Assembly: GCA_963804165.1 (NCBI GenBank)
Contig: CAWDPO010000025.1
Span: 64,001 to 128,000 of the forward strand
Reading direction: 5' to 3'
From: an uncultured delta proteobacterium
GTDB lineage: Bacteria > Desulfobacterota > Binatia > UBA9968
DNA length: 64,000 nucleotides
The notes beneath the pieces were generated by a model. It was not told the DNA's origin. It saw only the letters and a list, made by a program, of their open reading frames with translations, and made no database searches. Shown in pieces: positions 30,988 to 40,364 of this stretch (within the stretch, counting starts at the first letter, position 1; every line of letters begins with the position of its first letter). Both the position numbers and the translations under genes were made by a program.

Positions 30988-32106
30988 ATGAGCACCAAAG
31001 GTAAAGCGGCAATCTTCGTCGAACCCAACAAGCCGCTGGTGATTGACGAAGTCGAATTTCCCGATCCCGGTCCGGATCAAGTCTTGGTCAAATTGTCTGC
31101 CAGCGGTGTTTGTCACTCGCAGCTGCATACCATGCAAAGGCCGGCTCGTCCCGGACATCGTCTGCCGGCGCTTTTGGGCCACGAATCGACGGGGGTTGTG
31201 GCGGAGAAAGGGCGTGGTGTTCGTCACGTGAAAGAAGGCGATCACGTAATCACGACGTGGGTCGATCGCGACAATGCCACGACTGATCAGCTGATGGTGA
31301 TGCATGCTCTGAACGATCGGGCGCAGTACACGGCTAACTGGCGCGGCAAAGAAGTGATGCACTCCGCCGCAACCTGGGCGGAATATGCTTTGGCACAGGA
31401 GCGCGTCGTGCTGCCGCTGCCGAACGATGTCCCGATGGACGTAACGTCGATCATCGGCTGTGCCGTGATGACCGGCGCAGGCGCGATCATCAACACGCTG
31501 CAAGTGTCGTCCGGAAAATCTGTCGCTATCTTCGGCGCCGGTGGCATCGGCCTGTGCGCGATCTCGGCGGCGGCGATCGTCGATGCTCATCCAGTCATCG
31601 CCGTTGATCTCAATCAGCAGAAGCTGGATTTCGCCCGGCGCTTCGGTGCAACACATGCGGTGAACGCGCAAGAGGATGACCCAGTCGAGACGATCCGCAA
31701 ACTGACTGGCGGCGGTGTCGACTTCGCGATCGATGCCGTGGGATTGCCGCAAACTCAGGAGCAGATTCTCCGTGCCGTGCGGCCGGGTTTTTCCGGCCGT
31801 AACAAGGGTGGCACAGCGTTGCTCATCGGCATCACCCCGCCAAACGCAAAGGCGATTCTCGACACCAGCCTTTTTGTCGGCAGCCGATCGTTCACGCGGA
31901 CAAGCGGAGGGGACTGCAAGCCCGATCGCGATTTTCCAATTTTCATTCGTTGGTACTGCGAGGGCAAGCTCAAACTTGATGGGCTGATTACGAACCGCTA
32001 CAAGCTTGAACAGATCAATGAAGCGGTTGACGATTTGGCGCGAGGCCAAATTCTCGGGCGAGGAATTTTGACGTATGGATCCGATGATCTGCCCCAAACG
32101 CCATGA
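30988..32106 (+). CDS. Zn-dependent medium-chain alcohol dehydrogenase, class III-like, without the structural-Zn cysteines
   Basis: GVCHSQ, LGHESTG, IIGCAVMTG and GAGGIG motifs. Confidence 0.9.
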   Translation: MSTKGKAAIFVEPNKPLVIDEVEFPDPGPDQVLVKLSASGVCHSQLHTMQRPARPGHRLPALLGHESTGVVAEKGRGVRHVKEGDHVITTWVDRDNATTDQLMVMHALNDRAQYTANWRGKEVMHSAATWAEYALAQERVVLPLPNDVPMDVTSIIGCAVMTGAGAIINTLQVSSGKSVAIFGAGGIGLCAISAAAIVDAHPVIAVDLNQQKLDFARRFGATHAVNAQEDDPVETIRKLTGGGVDFAIDAVGLPQTQEQILRAVRPGFSGRNKGGTALLIGITPPNAKAILDTSLFVGSRSFTRTSGGDCKPDRDFPIFIRWYCEGKLKLDGLITNRYKLEQINEAVDDLARGQILGRGILTYGSDDLPQTP

Positions 32107-32114
32107 AATATCGC

Positions 32115-32145
32115 CGTCATTCTGAGCCCGCAGGCCAGGAATCTC
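32115..32145. repeat. Partial REP-like element
   Basis: CGTCATTCTGAGC..GAATCTC, sharing the CGTCAT end of the other two elements; lies between convergent genes. Confidence 0.4.
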
Positions 32146-32421
32146 GCCTTATGTAAGTGATGTGCGCCAGAGTCGGTAGGTAGGGCCATGAAGGAAATTC
32201 GGTAAGCATGAGCCGAGACCAATGAACGCATGCGCTGATTGGCGGTGATTCGACGTCGGCAATGCATGCGCAGTAAAACTATGACTGATCTAATCTTCCG
32301 TGACAATGCCTAGAAAATTACCTTGGGGGGAATTTAACTCGCTACCTTGCGCGCGGATAGCGAATTAATCGCGTCGGAAATGGCGAGGCTGCGGTGGCAA
32401 TTAGCCTCGATGCTGCCATCA

Positions 32422-33469
32422 CTAGCGCGACGGCAACGGATCGCCGCCAGCGAGTTTTTTGAACAGTTCTACAGTATCCCGATCGCGCGGCAGCTCGCGA
32501 ATGGCTTTCTCCATCTCGTCAGGCATGATCGGCGATGCTTCGAAACCGGAGAGCTTCTTAAATTCCTTGTGGAACTCGGGATCTTGGTACGCCTTTCTCA
32601 CCGCATCGCGAAGAGTTTGTACCTGGGCTTTGGGTGTTCCCGGAGGGAGGACGTAAGGCGTACCTACCAAACGAAAAGTTCGATACATGGTGACGAGCTC
32701 TGCGCTCCCGATCTGAGGCGGCGAATTCCTCCAACTCCGGCAGCCGCGGAAATGCCGCAGGTCTATTTCCTTTCGGAACCTCAACGATGGCGTGCAAGTC
32801 TACCTGTTTTTTTTCGATCCATTTGGCGTTGCGCGTGGTCAGCGTTTCCGAGGAAGCGGCGCGAGCATCGATCTCGCCGCGCTCTAACGCGATGTCCATC
32901 TCAGGGCCGCCGTAGCCGAGAACAAACCTCGGCTCTTTTAGGCCCATGAGGTGGGCAAAGACCCGCGCGCTAATATACACGTCATGGCCAACTTCTTGAC
33001 CGCCAATGCGTATTCCCGATGCGGCGCGGAGCTTGTCCAGGCTGTTCAAACCGGCTTCTTTCCAGGTTAGAAAAATATAGTGAAAGATGCTGACGGGCGA
33101 GCCGAGATAAATCAGCTTGTCGAGGTCGTACGAGACGCCTCCGGTATCGAGAATCGCGTTGGTCACCAACGAAGCGGACATACCACCGATGGTCAAGCCA
33201 TCCGGCTTGGCGATCCGGTAAATATGATTCGCCGCCTTTCGCCCACCGCCTCCCGGCATGTAATCGGAAACAATGGTCGGATTACCTGGAATGTACTTCT
33301 GTAGGAATGGAAAAAGAGCTCTTCGCCGCATGTCGCCGGTACCACCGGCCGCGACGATCTGCACCACCGTAATCGTCTTGCCTTGGTAGAAAGGCGCCTG
33401 ACCGACTCCGTTCGATGCCTGACCAAGGATGATCGATGAACTGATCAAACACATGACGGCAAACTTCAT
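32422..33469 (-). pseudogene. Bug/TctC-like solute-binding protein, frameshifted
   Basis: QAPFYQGKTIT..MPGGGGRKAAN..PDGLTIG. The frame changes near 32700 (SDRER then LVTMYR..PPGTPKAQVQTLRDA). Confidence 0.8.
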
Positions 33470-33600
33470 GATCGTCTCCGAGTCTTTGTCAACGGCACCG
33501 TTACCAGAATCGATTGAGAAAGTGCAAGCTGGAATTTGCGCCGATCTTGCGCATCTGTGTCCGAATTTGTCCCCTGTAGGAAGAAGGTTTGGCCGTTCGG

Positions 33601-34386
33601 TCAGCTCATCAATCTGCCGCCGGAAACGTTGAGCGATTCGCCGGTGGTGTGTGACGAATCGCTCGAAGCGAGAAAGAGCGCGGCTTTGGCAACTTCGTCG
33701 TGCCTGGCATATTTGCGCAGCGGCGTAAGCGCGAGGATTTGCGCTTCATGAGCCTCGACAGTCATTCCTAAATTCTTCGCCCGCTCGGCGTACATCTCGC
33801 GCAAGTCCGGCTCATCCATGCCGCCAGGACAGATGACATTGGCGCGGATCCCATGAGGTCCATATTCTTTGGCGATGGTCTGTGTGAGTCCTGTGACTCC
33901 CCACTTGGCAGCGCACAGCGAGCCGCGCATCGCCATACCTTCACGGCCGGCGGTACCCGAAATGCTGACGATACTGCCGCTCTTCTGTTTAACCATTTGT
34001 TTCAAAACAGCGCGGCAGCACAAAAAGACCAGTTTGAGATTGTATAAAACAACGTCGTCGAATTCCTGTTCGCTGATCTCCGTTACGGGAACCAACGGAC
34101 CGCGGAAGCCGGCGCTGTTGACGAGAATATCGATTTTGCCGAAACGCCGCACGGTCTCGTCGACGAGACCGTTCACTTGGCGATCGTCGCTGCAATCGGC
34201 CGTTATGGCGACCGCTTTCCCGCCCTGTTGATTGATCACTTGAGCGACACCATCGAGCTGCGGCTTCATTTTTTCCAGATCGACTAAAACGACGCTCGCG
34301 CCTTCTTGAGAAAAAGTGCGCGCGATAGTCTCGCCAATCCCTCGTCCGCCGCCGATGATGAGTGCCAACTGATCCTTTAATTTCAT
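33601..34386 (-). CDS. Short-chain dehydrogenase/reductase
   Basis: GGGRGIG, FGKIDILVNSAG, LCAAKWG (Tyr replaced by Leu) and TGESLNVSGG. Confidence 0.9.
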   Translation of the reverse strand: MKLKDQLALIIGGGRGIGETIARTFSQEGASVVLVDLEKMKPQLDGVAQVINQQGGKAVAITADCSDDRQVNGLVDETVRRFGKIDILVNSAGFRGPLVPVTEISEQEFDDVVLYNLKLVFLCCRAVLKQMVKQKSGSIVSISGTAGREGMAMRGSLCAAKWGVTGLTQTIAKEYGPHGIRANVICPGGMDEPDLREMYAERAKNLGMTVEAHEAQILALTPLRKYARHDEVAKAALFLASSDSSHTTGESLNVSGGRLMS

Positions 34387-34485
34387 TCTGTCTCTCCCGC
34401 GCGTGTCATCCGCTGCAAACGTTACTTCATGTGGAAGCATGAATGCTCGCCCGTGCCGGCGCGGAATGTTTAAAGCTGCTGAAAC

Positions 34486-35571
34486 CTACTTCGGCGGATA
34501 ATACTTGTCCATCAGGTTCTTAACGCCCGCTTTCGCGCAAGCTTCGTCAAACATCTGCCGCACGATCGGATCTTCGTCTTCATATTCGATCTGGTTACCG
34601 CCGAGCTTGACATCGACGTCCGCCTTACCGCGACCCTCGCCCCACATCTCGTGAAATTTCTGGCTACCCCAACGCAGAGCCAAATAACGCACGGGTTCCG
34701 ATCCGGAATTGAAGTGCTGGTGAAACCACTTACCGGGTGGAACAACGAGACTGCCCGGTCGCCAATCGAAGCGTTTGATCTCTCGCCCCTGGGGCCAGAG
34801 AAGAGAGTAGCCGTGGCCGCTCAAGATGATGACGTGCGCGCCGGGTCCGTGAAAGTGGGCTTTTTTGTAGGTACCGACGGAAAACTGGGAGATATGACCG
34901 CACAGCGTATTCTCGGATACCTCCAAGCGCACCTGTGATCCGCCGCCGCCGCGCTCTTTCCATTCGAGCAGCTTGAGATTCTTCACGTCGGCAACAAAAT
35001 TCGTTTGCCACGTCCGGCCGGAATACCAAGTGCCGGGATTATTGAAGTATTCCTCCTGTGAATTAAAACGGTCGCGGAAGACGTACGGACAATTGAAAAT
35101 AAAATTCGTGTTGTGAATCAAATTGATCATGCAGGGTGCGCTTGTCACCGCGAGAAAACGGGTGGGCTCGTCGCCGTTGCCGTTGAAAAGTTGGTGCCAG
35201 GAATTTAGCGGCGGCGAGAAAAGCGAGCCCTCTTGCCATTCAAAGGTCCGTTTCGGCTCGCCCTCGTTCCAGATCGTCGTCGCGCCGCGACCGCTGATCA
35301 CGTAGATCAATTCCTCGTACATGTGCCTTTCCGGCTCTAAAGCCTTGCCGGGCGCAATCTCACAGATGTAGGCGTCGTTGGTTTCACCCGTGCCTTCCAA
35401 GCAAAGACGCACGCCAAGGCCTCCGGTCCGCTTCCAGGGCTCCAGCGGCACCGTGGCGATGTCTTCAACGAAGAAACTCTGCACCAAGGGAATACCTTCG
35501 TTCTCGACCCACGCTTTGTAGGAACTTTTTTTCGGTGAGATCGAGTCCGTGGAGATTTTCGGTTCTTCCAT
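34486..35571 (-). CDS. Bicupin protein, gentisate 1,2-dioxygenase-like superfamily
   Basis: ERHMYEELIYV..PPLNSWHQLFN and KKAHFHGPGAH..PPGKWFHQHFN. Confidence 0.85.
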   Translation of the reverse strand: MEEPKISTDSISPKKSSYKAWVENEGIPLVQSFFVEDIATVPLEPWKRTGGLGVRLCLEGTGETNDAYICEIAPGKALEPERHMYEELIYVISGRGATTIWNEGEPKRTFEWQEGSLFSPPLNSWHQLFNGNGDEPTRFLAVTSAPCMINLIHNTNFIFNCPYVFRDRFNSQEEYFNNPGTWYSGRTWQTNFVADVKNLKLLEWKERGGGGSQVRLEVSENTLCGHISQFSVGTYKKAHFHGPGAHVIILSGHGYSLLWPQGREIKRFDWRPGSLVVPPGKWFHQHFNSGSEPVRYLALRWGSQKFHEMWGEGRGKADVDVKLGGNQIEYEDEDPIVRQMFDEACAKAGVKNLMDKYYPPK

Positions 35572-35663
35572 TGGTTTATTTCCTCGATGAAGCTCTCCAG
35601 ACCATGGGCAGCTCGCCCGATCTTTGACCGGGCGAGCTGCCATCGATTCAAGCGCGCCACGCG

Positions 35664-36632
35664 CTATCCAAGCAACTTGGAATATTTCTCACGTAGCTTG
35701 GCGTAACGCTGGCCGCCATCCGTCGCCGCCTTGCGGAAATCTTCCGGCATAACGTCGTACGGCGGGCGGATCGGCCCCGGTTTGCAGTAGCCGGAAGCAC
35801 CCATCAAGATTTTCTCCATTTGGATGTTGTACGATGCAAACACCTCTTGCGAGCCCGTGATCGCATGGTGCGGCTCATTTGCCCATGCGATGTCGTCAGC
35901 GGCGGCTTTCGCTTGTTGGGCATTGCGCGCGGCCAACGCTTTCATGAGTGCGAGGCCGACCTGCGGTCCGACGGAAGGCATCCAGCAAGTCGTCTGAGAC
36001 TCCGGCGAAAGCTGCGCGAATTCATAGGCGAGACCGACGGGCGGCACCAAATTGACGCGGCCCTGCGTCACGTCCACGACTTTTTTCAGAATCGTCTTGC
36101 TGGAGAATTTAGCGGACATGACCGTCGGCGCTCTTTCGACCACCGGCCCCCAAAAATCGGCGTCGAAGGCAAAGCGAAACGCGCGCGGATTGGCATAAAC
36201 CATGATGGGAAAATCGGGAAACGTTTGCGCGACGTCGGCATAGAACTTCACCGCCATATCGAGAGTCGCCGGCTGCCACATCGGAATACCAAGAAGCGTT
36301 CCGCTGGCGCCGCGCTCTTTGACAAACTTGATGCGCCGCGCGATTTCATGCCCGCCCAGCGCCGTCGTGCCAACAAAAGTCGGGATGCGGCCGCGCACGG
36401 TTTTAAGCAAACAATCGACGTACGCTTCATAATCGTTTGGCGAAGTCGTCGCGCACTCACCCATAGTGCCGAGCGCCATGATGCCGGTGGCGCCGTCGCG
36501 CACCAGACTTTCGGCGAGCCGAGCCGTCTCGTCGAGATCGACAGTGTCGGTGGCGTCCAAACGATCAGCTCCTGGTTTCGCTGGCGTTGGCATGATTGCT
36601 AAGACTCCGCGCAGATCCTTTGCGGTGATCAT
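35664..36632 (-). CDS. DHDPS-family hydratase-aldolase, NahE/PhdJ-like (trans-o-hydroxybenzylidenepyruvate hydratase-aldolase-like)
   Basis: IMPTPA, TVDLDETAR, GTMGECAT, GRIPTFVGTT, LGIPMW, YANPRAFRF, SAK, YNIQMEK and GPIRPPY match my recollection of NahE. Confidence 0.85.
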   Translation of the reverse strand: MITAKDLRGVLAIMPTPAKPGADRLDATDTVDLDETARLAESLVRDGATGIMALGTMGECATTSPNDYEAYVDCLLKTVRGRIPTFVGTTALGGHEIARRIKFVKERGASGTLLGIPMWQPATLDMAVKFYADVAQTFPDFPIMVYANPRAFRFAFDADFWGPVVERAPTVMSAKFSSKTILKKVVDVTQGRVNLVPPVGLAYEFAQLSPESQTTCWMPSVGPQVGLALMKALAARNAQQAKAAADDIAWANEPHHAITGSQEVFASYNIQMEKILMGASGYCKPGPIRPPYDVMPEDFRKAATDGGQRYAKLREKYSKLLG

Positions 36633-36709
36633 ATTCCCCTCCCTAAGTTAGATTAGACGATAAGATTGTCTAACATGTGAAGTCGGCGGCAAGCAACGCG
36701 AAACAAGTT

Positions 36710-37405
36710 TCAGATTTTTGTCGGTAGCCGATGCGTCAGGACAATTTCCCGGGGTGTGACTGCAGCGTGATACGGCAAGGCTTCGACGCCCGCTTTGACC
36801 GCTTTGCGCAGCCAACGGCCATACTCTGGATCGATTTCATCGGCTGGGCGGAAATAATTGCAGTCGCTGCGCTGAACGACGAAGACGACGACGGCGCGAT
36901 GGCCTTTGCGCTTGAGGCGCATGAGCTCTCTTAAGTGTTTCGTGGCGCGCTCGCTCACGGCGTCGGGAAACGCGGCGGCGCCGTCGAATGAAAGCGTGAC
37001 GTTTTTTACTTCAACGAAACAGTAGCCGTTGCTGCCTTCTAAGCAGAGGTCAAGCCGGCTATGCGCGCTGACCTTGACTTCGCGGCGAATGGTTTGGTAA
37101 CCGCACAGTTCCAAGATCGCGCCCGCCGTAATCGCTTCGGCGACCAGCCGGTTGGGATGCATCGTGTTGATGCCGACCCAGTTTCGCTGGATCTGAATCA
37201 TCTCCCAGGTATAGGCGAGCTTGCGGCCTTTATTGGGACTAAGTGAAAGATAAACGGCGCTGCCGGGCTCTTTGCAGCCGAGCATGCTGCCCGTATTGGT
37301 GCAGTGGGCGGTCACGACTTCGCCGTTGGCGAGACGCACGTCGGCGAGAAAACGCTTGTAGCGTTGCACCAGCGTGCCGCGAATAAGCTTTGTCGTAAAG
37401 CGCAT
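36710..37405 (-). CDS. sfsA: DNA/RNA nuclease SfsA
   Basis: RYKRFLADV, AHCTNTGSM, EVKNVTL and FPDAVSERATKHLREL motifs. Confidence 0.95.
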   Translation of the reverse strand: MRFTTKLIRGTLVQRYKRFLADVRLANGEVVTAHCTNTGSMLGCKEPGSAVYLSLSPNKGRKLAYTWEMIQIQRNWVGINTMHPNRLVAEAITAGAILELCGYQTIRREVKVSAHSRLDLCLEGSNGYCFVEVKNVTLSFDGAAAFPDAVSERATKHLRELMRLKRKGHRAVVVFVVQRSDCNYFRPADEIDPEYGRWLRKAVKAGVEALPYHAAVTPREIVLTHRLPTKI

Positions 37406-37515
37406 GCGAGTGGTTATAGCTGAAGAAAAATTCAATCTGCAAATGGCACCGCTTTCTTGAACTGGCGGAGATGCTTTGTTAGCTTCGTGAAAGCCATTCT
37501 GGCAGCGAAGACGAC

Positions 37516-39729
37516 ATGGCGAAACCACAACTCAAGTACGTCGGTCATAGCGTGCCGCGCGTAGACGGTATTGAAAAAGTCACGGGCCAAGCGAAGTTCG
37601 TCGGCGACATCGTCGTTCCCGGCATGTTATACGGCAAAATTTTGCGCAGCGCTTATCCCCATGCGCGGATTGGCTCGATCGATGCGACGCAGGCTGAGGC
37701 CTTGACCGGCGTGGTTGCGGTGTTGACCGCGTCCGACATCGGCGACCTCAGTCCGATTTACAACGGCCGGCCAGTGATCGCCATGAGCAAAGTGCATTAC
37801 GTCGGCGAGCCGGTGGCGGCGGTGGCCGCCGTCGACTTGTTTACGGCGGAAGAGGCGCTGTCGTTAATTCATGTCGACTACGAAGAATTGCCGACGGTAG
37901 TCGGCATCGACGCGGCGCTTCGCAAGGATGCCGCGCTTATCCATGAAGAGAAGGGCAGCAACATCGGCACGCACGAACAGGTGAGACGCGGCGACGTCGA
38001 TGAAGGTTTCGCGCAATCGGACGAAGTCGCCGAGGACACGTTCACCTTTCCCATGGTCTATCATTACGCGATGGAACCCCACTCGGTGATCGCTCATTAC
38101 GACGACGAAGAGATTACCGTGTGGTCATCGGCGCAGCATCCGTTTCAGGTGCGCGGCGACATCGCCAGGATTTTCAAAATGCCGCCGGCGAAAGTGCGCA
38201 TGATCATCAATTATTTAGGGGGCGGCTACGGCAGCAAGTCGTATACGAAGTTCGAGCCTCTAGTCGTCGCGCTTGCCCGCAAGGCGAAACAGCCGGTGCG
38301 TATCTGCAACTCGGTTGGGGAATCGATGGTCACCGTGCGGCGTCATGGCGCGCGGGTGCGGGTCAAAACCGGCGTCAAGCGCGATGGTACGATCATGGCG
38401 CGCGAGGCGGAGATTTATCTGGACACCGGCGGCTACGACGACAACGGCCCGCAGGTGACGGCGCGCTCGGCGACGCGGGTTCTCGGTCCGTACTGGATCC
38501 CCAATATCCGCACCGATGCGTATCAAGTCTATACCAACACCGGCTCGGCGGGCTCCTATCGCGCGATCGGTGCGCCGCAGGTGATTTACGCGGGGGAATC
38601 GCAGATCGAGATTCTCGCGGCGAAGGTCGGCATGGACCCGGCGGACCTGCGCATGAAAAATCTACTCAAGACAGGGCAGGAACTGCGGCCGGGATTGAAA
38701 GGCATTGACGCTAATCTGTCATCGAGCCTCAAGACGTTGATGCGCGCCAGCAGTTGGAAAAAGTCGCTCAGGAAAAAAGATGCCGCAGTCGGGATGGGCT
38801 GCGCAGTCACCAATGCCGGAGCGACCCCTGTGTCGGTGGCAATGGTCCGAATGCAATCGGATGGCGTCGCCAATATTTCCGCTGGCAGCACGGAGATGGG
38901 ACAAGGCGTACGGACAACGTTAACGCAGATCGCCGCCGAAGAGCTGACCTTACCGATGGAACGGTTCCGCGTGCTCGGTGCCGACACCAAAGTAACGCCT
39001 TACGATAGCTCGACGGGTTCAAGTCGCTCTACGACACTCATGGGTACGGCTGTGCAAAAAGCCGCGCGCGACTTAAAACAACAATTCAGAAAAATTGGTG
39101 CGCAAGCGATGGGCGTTAAACTAAATCAAGTCGAGGTCGTCGACGGCGCATTGATCTGCGGCGAGTCTCGACTGACTTTCAAAGAAGCGTTCGAGCGCCG
39201 CTTCGGCAAGGGTTCCGGCGGTGAAATGATCGGCTGCGGCGAGGCCGGACCGGAAATCACCGATCACAAGCTGCCGGTTTTCTGGGAGGTCGGCATGGGC
39301 GCGGCGGAGGTGGAAATCGATCGTGAGACGGGTGAAGTCAAGCTCAAGAAATTTATCTCATGCGCGGACGTCGGCAAAGCGATCCATCCCGAGCACTGCG
39401 TCGCACAAGAAGAAGGCGCGGCAATGCAGGGGATCGGACATACTTTTTTCGAGCAATTGATTTACGACAACGGCCAGCTGATCAATCCCAATCTGGTCGA
39501 TTACCGCATTCCAACTTTCGACGACGTGCCGGCAGAGTTTCACACGGTGCTCGTCGAGAACGGCGACGGCCCCGGGCCCTTCGGCGTGCGCGGCATGGCT
39601 GAGGGCGGTATTCTTTCCGTCGCGCCGTCGGTGTGCAACGCCATCGACCGTGCCACCGGCGTGCGCATCAAAGATTTACCCCTGACGCCCGAGCGCGTGT
39701 GGCGCGCGCTGCGGGACGCAAAAAAATAA
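37516..39729 (+). CDS. Xanthine dehydrogenase-family molybdopterin-binding (CoxL-like) subunit
   Basis: RVDGIEKVTG, RSAYPHARI, GGGYGSK, YRAIGAPQ, EMGQG and GPFGVRGMAE motifs. Confidence 0.93.
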   Translation: MAKPQLKYVGHSVPRVDGIEKVTGQAKFVGDIVVPGMLYGKILRSAYPHARIGSIDATQAEALTGVVAVLTASDIGDLSPIYNGRPVIAMSKVHYVGEPVAAVAAVDLFTAEEALSLIHVDYEELPTVVGIDAALRKDAALIHEEKGSNIGTHEQVRRGDVDEGFAQSDEVAEDTFTFPMVYHYAMEPHSVIAHYDDEEITVWSSAQHPFQVRGDIARIFKMPPAKVRMIINYLGGGYGSKSYTKFEPLVVALARKAKQPVRICNSVGESMVTVRRHGARVRVKTGVKRDGTIMAREAEIYLDTGGYDDNGPQVTARSATRVLGPYWIPNIRTDAYQVYTNTGSAGSYRAIGAPQVIYAGESQIEILAAKVGMDPADLRMKNLLKTGQELRPGLKGIDANLSSSLKTLMRASSWKKSLRKKDAAVGMGCAVTNAGATPVSVAMVRMQSDGVANISAGSTEMGQGVRTTLTQIAAEELTLPMERFRVLGADTKVTPYDSSTGSSRSTTLMGTAVQKAARDLKQQFRKIGAQAMGVKLNQVEVVDGALICGESRLTFKEAFERRFGKGSGGEMIGCGEAGPEITDHKLPVFWEVGMGAAEVEIDRETGEVKLKKFISCADVGKAIHPEHCVAQEEGAAMQGIGHTFFEQLIYDNGQLINPNLVDYRIPTFDDVPAEFHTVLVENGDGPGPFGVRGMAEGGILSVAPSVCNAIDRATGVRIKDLPLTPERVWRALRDAKK

Positions 39730-39795
39730 TTCGGTTATGGTTTGCCGCGCTTCGCTGTCGGTGAGCCACGGCCAGAATTGGCCAAAAGTGAAACT

Positions 39796-40308
39796 ATGAA
39801 AATTGCGAGCGATGTTCCCGGGTTTCAAATTCAGGCGGCGACCAAGGCGGACGTGCCGGTGATCCTTTCCTTCATCAAGAAGCTCGCCGACTACGAGCGT
39901 TTGTCGCACGAAGTCACAGCGACGGAAAAAAGTCTCAGCGAAACGCTTTTCGGCCGGCGGCGCACGGCCGAAGTGGCGATTGGCTACTTTAAAAGACAAC
40001 CGGTTTCCTTCGTGCTGTTTTTTCACAACTATTCGACTTTTCTCGCCCAGCCGGGAATCTATATCGAAGACCTTTACGTCGAGGAGGCCTTTCGCCGGCG
40101 CGGCTTCGGTAGCAATTTGCTGCATTACGTCGCCAAGATCGCGACAGAGCGGGGGTGCGGCAGATTGGAATGGTCGGTTTTGGATTGGAACGAGCCGGCG
40201 ATTAATTTTTACAAGAAAATCGGCGCGGTGCCGATGAGCGAATGGACCGTATTTCGCGTAACCGGAGAGAAACTGACGAAGCTCGCCGCTGCGGGAGTGC
40301 CGCGTTAG
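39796..40308 (+). CDS. GNAT N-acetyltransferase, SSAT-like
   Basis: LADYE, FFHNYSTF, IYIEDLYV, RRRGFG and LEWSVLDWNEPAINFY motifs. Confidence 0.92.
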   Translation: MKIASDVPGFQIQAATKADVPVILSFIKKLADYERLSHEVTATEKSLSETLFGRRRTAEVAIGYFKRQPVSFVLFFHNYSTFLAQPGIYIEDLYVEEAFRRRGFGSNLLHYVAKIATERGCGRLEWSVLDWNEPAINFYKKIGAVPMSEWTVFRVTGEKLTKLAAAGVPR

Positions 40309-40364
40309 CACGCGGGCTCCGCGTTCATGCAGCGATGGGTCGATTGCGTGAATGTGCCCCGACG

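Noticed and set aside
30949-32097. 382-aa antisense ORF over the Zn-ADH (similar ones at 28522, 35820, 45770 and 55197)
   Set aside because: Antisense shadows of well-supported genes
37516-39729. Aerobic CO dehydrogenase (coxL)
   Set aside because: Lacks the AYxCSFR motif and the coxM/coxS neighbours
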